Position numbers and translations under genes: made by a program | Source of the DNA: Eledone cirrhosa | Lineage: Eukaryota | Assembly: GCA_964016885.1 (NCBI GenBank) | Contig: OZ024742.1 | Span: 55,862,001-55,926,000, forward strand | Reading direction: 5' to 3' | DNA: 64,000 nt | Part shown: positions 12,900-25,518 of the stretch, one piece after another | How the letters are laid out: every line of letters begins with the position of its first letter | How positions within the stretch are numbered: position 1 is the stretch's first letter | Notes under the pieces: generated by a model | What the model was told of the DNA's origin: nothing | Databases searched by the model: none | Seen by the model: the letters and a program-made list of their open reading frames with translations, nothing else

Positions 12900-14212
12900 T
12901 TTAAAAAAGAGGTGTGACACACGAGTTGTGATATATTAGTAAAAAGGAAAAGAAAATGCTGACAAATGTTTGCCAGTGAAAAATAGTTTAATTGGGAATA
13001 AATATAAATTAGTAATAAGTATTAGTTAGTATTCAGTTTTAGTTTTAAGTTTTTACCGGTTGCGCATTTCTTATTCTTTTCAAAAATAATTTTGAGATAG
13101 AGTGCTCGGGATTTTTGCTCTAATCTTTCCCCTCTACAAATTTAAAGATAATGCCACCCATACCCAGCACACCAGCAAGGAATCTCACTTTATTAACAAA
13201 TACGGACCCCGTCTAAACACTTCTTCCTAAGACGAACCCACAACATACACACGTTGACATACATACCTACATCAGCATACATCCTACATACATTTCTATC
13301 TACATATAAACACAATGACATACGTAAACACACATGTTCTATGGTGCAACACAAATATACACAAATTCGCAGACCTTATAATGTTTATAGATATACACGT
13401 ACCGACAGGACACACATACAAATACGCACACATGTATTGCACATTGATGGGTGCATACATATTTGTACACAAGTATCCCATACGGCAGGGACTAATGGAT
13501 TCCCCTGGCAGTACGTACAATCTGGACTCACATACGCCTTGTTGTTATGATAATGCTATACATCATTTCACCTCTTTTATTATTGATGTTATTGATGTTC
13601 TTTTGAGAGAATCGTTTTTGCAAATGACTGAAAATATCGAATAATGTACGCCATTTTTACCAGTACCACAAAAATACTGGTCCATCCACACATTCACATA
13701 CACACACACACAAACACAGACACACACACACACGTATGCACACGCGTACACTATCATACAGACAGACATATATATACACACACACATACACACACACTTC
13801 TCCGTATAAGATAAAAGCTGAAAAATATGTTTCAACATGTTAAAATACCCCCCCCCCCCCACTACACACACACACACGTACACACACAGTCCTACTGACC
13901 GATCCATTTCCATTATCACAACAATGAACCACTTTGCTACACACACACACATTTTTCTCTTAAGAGACACCTGAACTGTTGAGCTCTCAAGATGACTGCA
14001 ACTCAATCAAGCGGCATAGTACACTTTTCGACAAACCTACATTTGGCGCGAAACCAGTTCGCACTAAAATCAATTTAAACATTCACGTGACTTCTACCGA
14101 CCAATCAAAATTGTTTTGATTACAAGAATTTTTGCAACACGAATTCGCTCCGAAATTTATAGTGCTTATTTACGTGACATTCAACAACCAATCAAATCTT
14201 AATACCTCCCAA

Positions 14213-14215
<3 letters not shown>
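12900..14215. mobile_element. Neptune-like PLE 3' end in inverted arrangement
   Basis: 12900-13125 is the tailed terminus (minus). 13125-14215 (+) is the ORF end (FPLYKFKDNATHTQ..FINKYGPRLNTSS*) followed by the 3' UTR. Confidence 0.85.
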
Positions 14216-14252
<37 letters not shown>

Positions 14253-14535
14253 GCAAGGCATAAGAAAAGACACATCCCTCTTAAAAGCATTACTACAACA
14301 AAAACAATTCTTCAAAAATGAAAAATATTTCTCCTCAAAACCTTTATTATATGCATAAAATGAGTGTAGTATTAATAGAATAATAAAGTATTTCGCTTTC
14401 GATTTTCAATGGAACTTTCAATTATCTTTATAATTACCGTTAGCTTTTCTTATTTATTTTTCTTAGTTCTTGTATTTACCTACAAACTCTAAAAATAATC
14501 TTGAAAACGTGAACAATGGAACACCACCTAAAAAT

Positions 14536-14567
<32 letters not shown>

Positions 14568-14627
14568 ACGCGCGCACAAACACAAACACACACGACAGAA
14601 TAGCAAAATACCAAATTTCTATTTAAA

Positions 14628-14800
14628 TTAATTGTTTCTACTTTAGGCACAAGGCCAGCAACTACCCAGTGCCTCACTGGTACTTTATTTTATCGACCCC
14701 GTAAGGATGAAAGGCAAAGTCAACCTCGGCGGGATTTGAACTCAGATCGTAAAGGGACGTAACTATGCTAGAAAGCATGGCGTCCGACCCTCTACCGATA
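14628..14800 (-). mobile_element. Nin-domain SINE, near full length
   Basis: Nin core plus tRNA-like head (gatttgaactcag..gaccctctaccgatac). Confidence 0.9.
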
Positions 14801-15579
14801 CTTAAATTAATAGAAGTTGTTAGTAAATCAATTGAATGGTGACCTATTGAACCCCTATTCCACCCACCACCGCAACTTAATAAAGAACACACACATATAT
14901 GAGATTTGAAATTTGATAAAACTTTCATTCCTTTAATGTAACAAATATAAAAATATCTATTTTGCTGGATTAAAGATAAAATAATGTTTAGATATATTAC
15001 TGTGCTTCTCTGTCTTAACGTTTTAACTATATAAATATATATAAGTATTACACGTACATACATATATGTATACAGACGTACAGTAGTATGTATATATATA
15101 TACATACATGCACACATATATATATGTACGTATGGATTCACCGAACATTTATTATAATGTTCGGTGTGTTTGTAAACAAACATCCCGTATTAAGCCGTAG
15201 TGTCTAGCAACAATCGTTGCTCGTTTGTTCAACACTGACAAAGGAACGCTGTACTAGATTCAGCTTATTAGCTATCGTCAGCAACGTAAACCATGTTACC
15301 AGATTGTTGAACGTCTGAAAGCATATACTTTCCTTATGCATATTAACGGCTGAGTAGCCCAATTTGCATATCGAGTGGGTTAATAAGCCGGGTGCACCGA
15401 AAACGATAAACGGAAAAAATGAAACGAAATTTCATTTCCGACTTTTAGTACGGCTGTTACTTAAATATAAAAATGGCGAGCTGTGTTGTTGCAAACAGGA
15501 TATATATAATAAATGAATAATTAGGTGTGTGTGTGTGTATGTGTATATGTATATGTATATGTGTATGTATGTTTGTATG

Positions 15580-15623
<44 letters not shown>

Positions 15624-15627
15624 TATA

Positions 15628-15790
15628 ATAAATAATAAACAACATGAGATAATTATTTCATTTACCAGTGGTTTCTTGAAAGCAGATGTTAGATCTGTTT
15701 TCAGTCGTCAGAATGAATAAAAAACATCTAACATTTGCTTTCAAGAAACCAATGGTAAATGAAATAATTTTCTTATGTTGTTTATTACAT
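15628..15790. repeat. Short foldback (~70-bp arms) next to (TA)n
   Basis: aataaacaacatgagataattatttcatttaccagtggtttcttgaaagcagatgttagat versus atctaacatttgctttcaagaaaccaatggtaaatgaaataattttcttatgttgtttatt. Confidence 0.85.
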
Positions 15791-15818
15791 AACTAATAAA
15801 CTCTGTAGCATACATAGT

Positions 15819-15945
<127 letters not shown>

Positions 15946-16062
15946 GGGGTGTGTATGAATGTATATATATATATATATAAGTTTATACCGGGTTCAGTCG
16001 GGAGTAACCACAGTAAGTAAGATAATCAATACAAAGCAGAGTGTAAATATTTGATATAGGAA

Positions 16063-16113
16063 AGCTTCTACAGGACTAGAATTGTTTCATACGTGGGAAA
16101 TCATCAGGAAGCT
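16063..16113 (-). ncRNA. Hammerhead-like motif in a PLE terminal repeat (related sequence at 12480-12620)
   Basis: gcttc-CUGAUGA-uuucccacguau-GAAA-C aauucua G-UC-cugua gaagc; stems I and II are weak. Confidence 0.5.
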
Positions 16114-16179
16114 GACTGTCCAAGGAAATGTGGAGGTATTTATATATTTTCTGGTGGTAGGAGAGGGTGGTGATTGGGA

Positions 16180-16550
16180 TGGGTGGAGGTCATTAGTTGA
16201 TGGGTTTAAAGAAAAGGGAATTCTTTAAATGCTAATTCTTTAAAGGCTATATTTAGAGTGACAAAGGCAGAAATAATTCTATAAACAACTTCAAATTTGC
16301 GTGCCACTCCTTATTTTAAGTTTCTCTTAAGCTAACAATGCCTATATTTCAGGTGTCTACAAGATGGGTGGAGGTCATTGGTTGATGGGTTTAAAGAAAA
16401 TGGAATTCTTTAAAAGCTAATACTTTAAAAGCTCTATTTAGAGTTACAAAGGCAGAAACAATTCTATAAACAATTTCAAATTGGGGTGCCGCTCCTTATT
16501 TTTAAGTTTCTCTTAAGCTAACAATACCTATATTTCAAGTGTCTACAAGC
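16180..16550. repeat. ~183-bp direct tandem duplication
   Basis: gatgggtggaggtcatt..tatttcaRgtgtctacaag occurs twice. Confidence 0.9.
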
Positions 16551-16676
16551 ACATTCACACATATAGATATATATATATAAAGAACCGTTTCTTCCACACA
16601 CTCGCAAAAAACCACTCTTATACCCATATATGTATATATATGTGAGAAAAACCACAGACCCTCCATCTCAACTCTA

Positions 16677-16713
16677 CCTTTGAAAAGCAGAAGAACTGCG
16701 AAACCGGAAAAGG
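16677..16713 (+). ncRNA. Degenerate minimal hammerhead-like motif
   Basis: cctt-TGAAAA-GCAG aagaa CTGC-GAAA-CCGG-aa-aagg. Confidence 0.4.
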
Positions 16714-16860
16714 AACCAAATAAATATATATATTTTTTAAAAAATAAGACTCCAGTTGCATTTTCGATTTCATCTTTTTTCCGTTATACTTTCACTCGTG
16801 TAGGACACCTCGGTTATTTTCCATTTTGTAAAGAAAACCTCACTTTCTAATAATAATAAT

Positions 16861-16936
<76 letters not shown>

Positions 16937-17165
16937 ATTACACGGCTCAGAAATATCTCTTTCTTTGAGCTACTTAATTGTAAAAGACTGTTTGAGTTTA
17001 TAACTCTATATATAGTATTCTCGGCTCCATATGTTGAGCTAAATTTTTTAGTCCTATAAAACCGGCTGCTATTTCTGGCGGCACGAGTATAGGACACATG
17101 TGCGTTCAACAACACATTTCTCTCAGTCTTCCTAAGTATTTTGAAGTGAAACATACCAATTTCTG

Positions 17166-17254
17166 GATACCTGCAGATGAGCACAGAAATGGAAATTTTC
17201 ACTTATTGTTGCGAAACAAATTTGAGTTTTGAAATTTAAATTGGTCCAGGTATC
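17166..17254 (+). ncRNA. Type I hammerhead with CAGAUGA core
   Basis: GAUACCUG-CAGAUGA-GCA..UGC-GAAA-long stem III-GUC|CAGGUAUC; perfect 8-bp stem I. Confidence 0.75.
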
Positions 17255-17660
17255 ACGGCTATTGCCAATATGGGTTTGTTTTTATTGATTTATTATTTTA
17301 AATCGAGACAGGCAAACTATTAATTTAATTAGTATTTTTCAATCTAGCTAACTTGGTCATTTGCAATACAAACACTTATATACTTGTATTAGTGTTTATC
17401 ATATATTCATTTGTATTACACGGCTCAGAAATATCTCTTTCTTGGAGCTATTTGATTGTAAAAGACTGTTTGAGTTTATAACTCTATATATAGTATTCTC
17501 GGCTCCATATGTTGAGCTAAATGTTTTAGTCCCATAAAACCGGCTGCTATTTCTGGTGACACGAGTATAGGACTGGCTAGACGCTGGGACACATGTGCGT
17601 TCAACAACACATTTCTTTGAGTCTTCCTAAGTATTTTGAAGTGAAACATACCAATTTCTG

Positions 17661-17749
17661 GATACCTGCAGATGAGCACAGAAATGGAAATTTTCACTTA
17701 TTGTTGCGAAACAAATTTGAGTTTTGAAATTTAAATTTGTCCAGGTATC
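17661..17749 (+). ncRNA. Type I hammerhead with CAGAUGA core (second unit)
   Basis: As above; stem III ACAAAUUUGAGUUU/AAAUUUAAAUUUGU is fully paired. Confidence 0.8.
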
Positions 17750-17908
17750 ACGGCTATTGCCAATATGGATTTGTTTATATTGATTTATTATTTTAAATCG
17801 AGACAGGCAAACTGTATTAATTTAATTAGTATTTTTCAATCTAGCTAACTTGGTCATTTGCAATACAAACACTTATATACTTGTATTAGTGTTTATCATA
17901 TATTCATT

Positions 17909-17947
<39 letters not shown>

Positions 17948-18220
17948 CTATGCATATATTCATACATACAGCGATATTAGTTCTACCGAAGCCAAACAAC
18001 AGAAAATATGTAAAATATGCAGATGTAATATTGAATATATAAATCTTACCCAACATTTCTTTGAAAAGGATAATTCGACTGAATAATTTATGAAGAATAT
18101 GCAAAATCAAGTGTGCATGTTGGACGTAGAAGCATAGAGATTTTTCTGCAAATCTGCTGGGAATAATACGAATATAATGCTCATTTATGTCTGTCTAACT
18201 AGCTTCCGTATATATCTATC

Positions 18221-18263
<43 letters not shown>

Positions 18264-18986
18264 ATGCATGTATGTATGTATGTTGTGTAATACTTTTATA
18301 TCATGCGTTTGTATAGTGTGTGTGTATTTGTGTATGTCTGTTCGTGGGTGTTTTGGTGTCTGTGGGAGTGAATGTATAGGTGTGTTTGTGTATGTGTGTA
18401 TGCGGATGGATTCATTCACTCATAAGATTGTACGCTTAAAAGTGGCTGCTTGTTATATTGTCACAAAATACAGTAATAAAAAAAGCATTAAGTTATTTTA
18501 CCAAATACTTTTCATCGTAAAAAAACTAGACATGTTTTAATCAATGAGATACAAATTTGCAGACGTATCAATTCGTCTGATGTTCTTCCAATATTTCGAC
18601 AGCACAGTTTCTTTCTCTTTTTTTTTTTCATAACACCTGAACTGATTTTCCAACTACGAAAAAACAACTATTGTGTTAGGAATTATGAAATTTCAAATAA
18701 TAGACTATGATAAAAGATGACTCATTCTATAATTTTTTATTATCAAAATTGTATTTGTATTTTAGTATATTTCATATTTTAACATTTTCTGATTTTCACC
18801 AACGTTTTAATTGTCTTTCTTTTTTTTTTCTTTTTTTTTTTTTTGCTTTTCTTTATATTTTAGGCAGGTATCGGGTTACCTCGATAGAATTTAAATCCAT
18901 TTAAATATTGATATGCTTGACTTGGAAAATGAGTGTTACTCTTAGTTAAAAAGATAAATAGATAGATTGATGTATATATATATATA

Positions 18987-19025
<39 letters not shown>

Positions 19026-19029
19026 TTCA

Positions 19030-20210
19030 GACAATTTGAGAAAATAACTATACGTTTAGCAAAGTGAGGTTTAGAATATTACCTTCCTTTGTATATCTTA
19101 ATAAACCATATCAACCGGTGTAAATATATCATAATGACCTAGCGACGGTCTAAGGGTAAAGGGAGAATTAACTAGAGATCAATAGACGGTAAAAATTGGT
19201 TGAACAATTAGATCTTGGTAAGTACACTGAACCTTACACCCCGCAAAACCATAGGTTCACCATTAAAGACCGACCCATCTATCAGGCTAATATGCCCTAC
19301 AGCTTCAGATGTGGTTAGAATTAGCAAAGATATCCAAGATAGAATTATTCCAGCAATCAGTAAAAATTTAACCCGCAACTTATGGGGGGAACACGTATCA
19401 TGTAATTAATTGGTGTAGCTATCTCGACAGAAAGACTGATAATAAATTTGTCCAGTTCGTTATAGGCAACTATTATGACCCAGTAAACAAAGCTCTTAGA
19501 ATGACCACAAAATACTCCAATATCACTAAGCTAGAAATAGACATTGTCATGGCAGTTAGACGCATCGTCATAGAATTTGAGGTCGCTACTGGGCAAGGGA
19601 TAATCGTCCAAATAATTTCCACATCAATATGGGGTCGATTGATTCTGAGCAGGTCACCGCCTTATTTGGGCTATAACTGCTTTTCAATTTAATCAGGGAA
19701 TTCCCCGGTATGAAAGGTGGCGTAGAAAGAGATGATGCTTTACTTTCCTTCATTGATATTAGTTACATTATTTGATGTCATTGAAAGGCAAAGTTAACCT
19801 GGGCGGGATTTGAACTCAGATCATACGTACCTTTATGATCTGGGGTCGATAAAATAAAGTACCAGTAATATACTGGTTAATTGCTGGCCTTGTGCCTAAA
19901 ATAGAAACAATATTAGAAACTCCGGGTTAAAAAGGATTAAAAAGCGTATGTCCAGATTCATCAATACATATAATTTAGGTATGACCATAGACAATAGCAC
20001 TAGGGTAGTCAACTTCTCAGGTGTAACTTTAGTCCTAACACGGAATCGTATGGGCTTTACCACAAGTCTGATGAGTCTCTCTACGATATACCTAAGAACT
20101 CAAACTACCTGAAACATATTATTAGATCTGTCATTATAACTGTATCGGGTTGGATCTCGAGACTTTCAGATAATGAACACACTTTCGATCTTAAAGCACT
20201 CCATAGCAAT
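19030..20210 (+). mobile_element. Degenerate Hydra-clade-like PLE RT, interrupted by a rearranged SINE (19783-19912)
   Basis: PSIRLICPTASDVVRISKDIQDRII; ITKLEIDIVMAVRR; RDDAL; WISRLSDNEHTF. These are colinear with the 53-55 kb RT. Confidence 0.8.
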
Positions 20211-20239
20211 ATACATATATATATATATATATAGATAGA

Positions 20240-21640
20240 GAGAATACATGAAACAAAGTTCTGTTTAAATCATTTATCTGCTTACAATTGTTTCTTCCAA
20301 ACCGAGGTTTGGTGTCTTCGGAGCAATTATTCAGTGATTTTTAACACACTTGACCTGCTTTTCAACACAAGAGACATATAGAAACATATGTATATATTGA
20401 CCCACAGTGGGTTGACATCCATTATAATAATATAGCATGGTAATTTACATACAAAGATTACAGTCATATTAAAGGACAAAATTAAAATTAAAATAAAACA
20501 TTGGCAGTCTACTAAGATAAAGCAAAAGGAAAGTTTGGAGTAGCCAGTGTATGAAACAGTCACACGTGTGGCATGCACACTTGTCCTATTTATACAAGAT
20601 TATAGTGCGGCAGATTGTTACAAGTAAAACAAGCAGTCAAAGCAGGCAAGAGCATCGTGGGGGTGAACTGGTTAAGCATTATTTACACACACATGTACGA
20701 TATAGAAGCCCGTGTGTGGAGAAACATCAAAAATATCAAAAATATTACAAATGAGAGGCAAAACAGCACCACTTTCCTCGTACACACCACCACTCTCACA
20801 ATCCAGGAAACGCAATTTATAGACTACATGCTCATCTCACAATCCACGATGATTCAACATTGGGTGCCTGGTGATCCATGCTAGAACATCACAGCTTGTC
20901 GTTCTTTAATTCGATTCATAGATCAGGTTGTTTTTGTTGTGAGAGATGACATCGTATTATATTCCGGAAGTGTGTGTGATTAAGGGGAGTTAATGCGTAA
21001 GGGGAGGTAACTAGCTGATTTCTATAGTTAAATTTATTATAATAAAGTACATTAATGGTGTCTCAAATGAGTTCCCATCATATAATGTTATAAACAATTT
21101 CTAAATTTAATATCTTATCTATAAATTACAGTGTAGTCTATCGAGAAGTACTAAAGGTGTTCATATTAGGATGAACACCTTTTATCATAGAGTGTCCCCA
21201 CCGAACATTCCACATGAAGAGTCAGATCTCCAAATCAATGATCTTTGTAAGTGTAGTCGACCCGCAGGACATGGCAGGGTCTAATTAGAATCACTTCTAT
21301 ATATGACTCCTGGTAAGTTCTGGGTCATTGCATGACTGATTGCATGGCAAAGTTAAATATCACTAGGGTAGTCCAGAGATCAATTTTCACTCACAAAGAC
21401 ACTGATCTGACCATCAAGTCATACATGTATTTATAACTCATACATCACCTGTACATAACTCATTGCACTAGCGGTTTGGAAGAAACAATTGTAAGCAGAT
21501 AAATGATTTAAACAGAACTTTGTTTCATGTATTCTCTATATAACTGCCCTGTAAAACAACTGATGTTGTTACATTGAGCTATTTATCTTACTGGTAATAA
21601 GATAGTAATAAATTACTGTCTTTCACTATTTAGGGTATAA
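20240..21640. mobile_element. PLE 3' UTR/pLTR insertion with inverted arms, related to the 34.4-37.3 kb element
   Basis: 20240-20303 is the reverse complement of 21472-21538. It shares taatgcgtaaggggaggtaactagct with 35280, and tail 21540-21640 matches the reverse complement of 34430-34520. Confidence 0.8.
20279..20325 (-). ncRNA. Type I hammerhead with CCGAAGA core
   Basis: UGCU-CCGAAGA-CACCAAACC UC GGUUUGGAA-GAAA-CAAUUG-UA|AGCA; palindromic minimal stem III. Confidence 0.7.
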
Positions 21641-21732
21641 TATATATATAACTATAAAAGGTTTTAGTATATACATAACCATAAATAGTATCCTTAATAC
21701 TATATATATATAGATCCGGCTTTAGGGACAAA

Positions 21733-22806
21733 TTGTATTACACCCAGGGAAATAATAGTCCTAATAGTAGCTCTACCAGTGTTGTTATAACACATAATAT
21801 GTCCATTGGTAATGGAGGTGTCGCGAATGGGAGGGTTCTAAATGCCGGTGGAATGAAGCAGCAGGGCACCATTAGTCTAAGTAATAGCAATAGAGGTGTC
21901 GCGAATGGGAGGTTTCTAAATGCCGGTGGAATGAACCAGCAGGGCACCATTAGTCTAAGTAATAACAATGGTAGGCCTCGCAGCTCCCCGCATAGACTAG
22001 GTGAGCATAGTAACCGTAGAAATAATAATGCTAATAATAGTGATGGAAATAGAAAGAATAAAAAGAATAGAAGAAGATTGAATACATACTTCAACCCCCC
22101 TTTTAATTCTGAAGTGGCTATAAATATTCCTAGGGCCTTCTTCTCTGTGTTAGAAAGGAACTTCCCTCCTGGTAATAGGTACCACTCTATCCTCAATAAG
22201 AATGTTGTTAAACTTTCGTATTCTACAACCCAAAATCTGGCCTCTCATCTGGCCATTACTAATAATAAGAAAATAAAGGAAGGCCTGGACAACCTAAGCC
22301 TAGGGGAAAACACGGTAGTGGACAGAGTGGGCCGAAACACAAGTGGTGATCATTCTGAGAATAGCATCACCAGAAGTTGTAACTGTAGAAGGGCTTCAGG
22401 CTGCCCCCTGAATGGTTTCTGCCTTGTTAGAAACATAGTTTATGCGTGTGATGTGGTAACTACGGCGTCCACTAAAACCTATATAGGATCAACCTCCACC
22501 CCATTTAAGACCAGGTTTAACTCTCACCAGTGCACTTTTAGACATAATAAACTGAGGAACTCCACCTCCTTGGCAGCGTACGTCCACAATTTAAAAAATG
22601 CACGAACACATTACACACTTACTTGGCGGCAGGTTGCTAAATCCCATCCATATACTCCTCATAATAGAGTATGTAACCTATGCCTTGCCGAATCCCACTC
22701 TATTATATTTGCTAAATGCCCTCTACTAAATAGAAAGTCAGAAATATTTTCCTCTTGCCCCCACCGAATATTAAGCTCTTTCTTCTACTTTAAACCTATT
22801 AGCTAG
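21733..22806 (+). pseudogene. PLE thumb plus GIY-YIG endonuclease, open but 5'-truncated
   Basis: YFNPPFNS..NFPPGNRYHSILNKNVVKLSYSTTQN; CNCRRASGCPLNGFCL; IVYAC..TYIGST..FKTRFNSH; CNLCLAE; LLNRKSE..SCPHR. Confidence 0.9.
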
Positions 22807-24057
22807 CACTTCCTTATTTCTCCAGTTGGGCTATCTTGTGTAACTGTCTCTGATTGTGTGTAACTGTCTCCTATTGTTTGTCTTCTATGTATATGAGTCG
22901 GTGAGTGTATACGTATGCCTGCGGGAGGATATTGATCTGGATATTGGGGTGTACAGGTGAGTGGGTGTGTATGTTAATAAGCACCCCTGTTTGGCACAGC
23001 GGATGTAACCCATCCACGCTCGCCTACCCACCATTGGTGCATTGGTGGGTCTATCCTGACGTGTATCTTGTGGATCTGTACATCTGTATGCGCATGAGTT
23101 GTGATGTAATGTATCTATGTAGAGCGTGTACTGTGATATAGGCTGCACTAATAGAAATTTAGCCTGTAACTGTGGGCGGACCTGTGCCATCTCGCCGTAA
23201 GCAGTAGATACGTGGCGCATGTACGTGTTGCCCTCCTATTCTGTGGTTTAAGATCTACAGGCTGACTTCTGGGAGCTCTTGCCCGGGGTTGTAGTCTTTC
23301 TAGCACGATCGGCCTTCCATATATTGACGGTCGTTGTTATGATCCCGAAAGTAACGTTTTGGCCCCGATAGCCCTCCGTAGTTACTAACGGTCTGTGTAC
23401 ACTTAAATCGGGCAATGGCACGTGCGGACATGATTATCTCCGTAGGAATTCAATTTTATTTTACTACATCTCATCGTATGTATTTATTTTGAATGTATTA
23501 TCCGTGGTGGTGGGTCTTGCCTAATGTGGTATTTCTGCGTTTAATATCAGCTTTGACTCGGGTGTCCTACGCTGTGTGTGTGTGCGTGTGTGTCTGTGTA
23601 TACATTTATATGTGTATGGGTGTAGGTGGTTGTATATGTCTGTATATAAAAAAATATATATATATGTATACCGTCTCTGCATATGCGTGTGGTGTGTATA
23701 TGTGCATATACGTGCTGAACATATTGGTGTGTATAATCTTGTGATGTCCCAACGCGGTGACTTCATGGCTCTTGAAGCTATTTTTTATATATCTTTTGTC
23801 TTTTTATATATCTTTTGTATGCGCTCCAACTGTGTCTGCTTGCTTTGGCTAACCCGCCTGCACCTTGCTTTCGGCCTCTTGCTACTGCACGTGAATTTTC
23901 CTACCTTCCTGCGATGTACCTCTGTTTGACCATTGGACTCCTGCCCGGGTGTGAACCGGTTTGTGATTACCCCACCGCTCAACTGTGTGAATGCACACCC
24001 GTGACTTTCGAGTGAACTTTTGAGACTGCCCAACCTGGGACGCCTCCATTGCCTTGC

Positions 24058-24216
24058 AATGGTCAAGTGATACTGGTGACTGTGACACTTAGTGCCTTCG
24101 TGGGCCCCTGATATTTTCAAGAAATATATTCTAAAAGAATGGTCAAGTGATACGGATAACTGTGACACTTAGTGCCTTCGTGGGCCCCTGATATATTCAA
24201 GAGATATATTCTAAAA
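24058..24216. repeat. ~80-bp direct tandem duplication
   Basis: aatggtcaagtgatac..ttctaaaa occurs twice. Confidence 0.9.
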
Positions 24217-24239
24217 AAATATATATCTTATCTCAATTT

Positions 24240-24327
24240 ACTTTATTTTATTTTATTTCATTTCATTTTATTTAATTTTATTTATTTATTTATTTAGTTT
24301 CATTCATTCATTTATTTATTTATTTAC

Positions 24328-24359
<32 letters not shown>

Positions 24360-24397
24360 TTTTAATTTTAATTTTAATTTTATTTATGTATTTAATT

Positions 24398-24437
<40 letters not shown>

Positions 24438-25175
24438 TTACATTTAATTATATCTTATATTATATTATTTTACTTTAGTCTATTTTATTTTAGTTTAGTT
24501 TACCTTATTTTATCTTATTTTATGATTATATTATATTATGTTCTATTTTATATAATTTTAATTTTAATTTTATATTATTTTATTTCATTCCTTACCCTGT
24601 ATCACTATTATCTGTATATTTTATATTTTATATGTATGTTTGTTATATTTTTTTTATATTTTCTTATATATATTATAAGTCTGTTTTTCACCTATTTTTT
24701 ACCTACTCTTACCTAATCCTATCTATCTTATCTACTCTTGTCTGTTCTCTTATCCATGTGTATGCTTGTATGTAACTATATGTTGACAGCACCCCGCCCA
24801 ACTGTGACTGATAGCACCCCTTATTTTTCATTGTTTATTTTATTATTTTTATTTTTATTTTTATTTTTATTTTTATTTTTATTTTTATTTTTATTTTTAT
24901 TTTTATTTTTATTTTTATTTTTATTTTTATTTTTATTTTTATTTTTATTTTTATTTTTATTTTTATTTTTATTTTTATTTTTATTTTTATTTTTATTTTT
25001 ATTTTTATTTTTATTTTTATTTTTATTTTTATTTTTATTTTTATTTTTATTTTTATTTTTAATTTTATTTTTATTTTTATTTTTATTTTTATTTTTATTT
25101 TTATTTTTATTTTTATTTTTATTTTTATTTTTATTTTTATTTTTATTTTTATTTTTATTTTTATTTTTATTTTTA
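24240..25175. repeat. (ATTT)n and (TTTTTA)n simple repeats
   Basis: Direct reading; the (TTTTTA)n tract spans ~24840-25175. Confidence 0.95.
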
Positions 25176-25264
25176 CTTTTACTTCCTTAATATCCTTTAT
25201 CTTCTATTATTTTTCATTCTTCAATGTCTTGGATTTGTTATTGCTTGTGTGGTATGTAATTAAC

Positions 25265-25322
25265 CTTTATGCTCTGATGAGTCCCACTTATAGTGCGGAT
25301 GAAACAATGTTAGCAAGTAAAG
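25265..25322 (+). ncRNA. Type I hammerhead, canonical core
   Basis: UGCU-CUGAUGA-GUCC CAC UUAUA GUG C GGAU-GAAA-C AAU G-UU|AGCA. Confidence 0.85.
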
Positions 25323-25518
25323 ATATGCATATGCTATAGGCGTTCTTTGTTATTTATTATATCACGGCTCTGTCCTCAGACATCGAGCTAACCTTATACT
25401 GCCTGCTGGATAAGTGGAGTGTTATACACCCCTGATCCTCTCCCTAGTATACTATATATATATATTAATTTAACGGTGAAAATAATAACAAAGTCAAGTT
25501 ATTTTAGCTATTCATATC

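Larger units (their letters stand above)
16933..17910 (+). repeat. Head-to-tail dimer of a ~480-495-bp unit with one hammerhead per unit, flanked by (TA)n
   Basis: ttgtattacacggctcagaaat..catatattcatt is repeated; the second unit has a ~17-bp insertion. Confidence 0.92.
21713..25450 (+). mobile_element. 5'-truncated Hydra-clade-like PLE with a ~2.6-kb 3' UTR ending in a hammerhead
   Basis: Starts directly after (TA)n with SGFRDKLYY; ORF runs to 22806; hammerhead at 25270; ends in (TA)n. Confidence 0.8.

Noticed and set aside
21738-22196. Antisense ORFs over PLE coding regions (also 1373-1861, 3646-3948, 62075-62341)
   Set aside because: They are shadow frames of transposon ORFs with no independent motifs.
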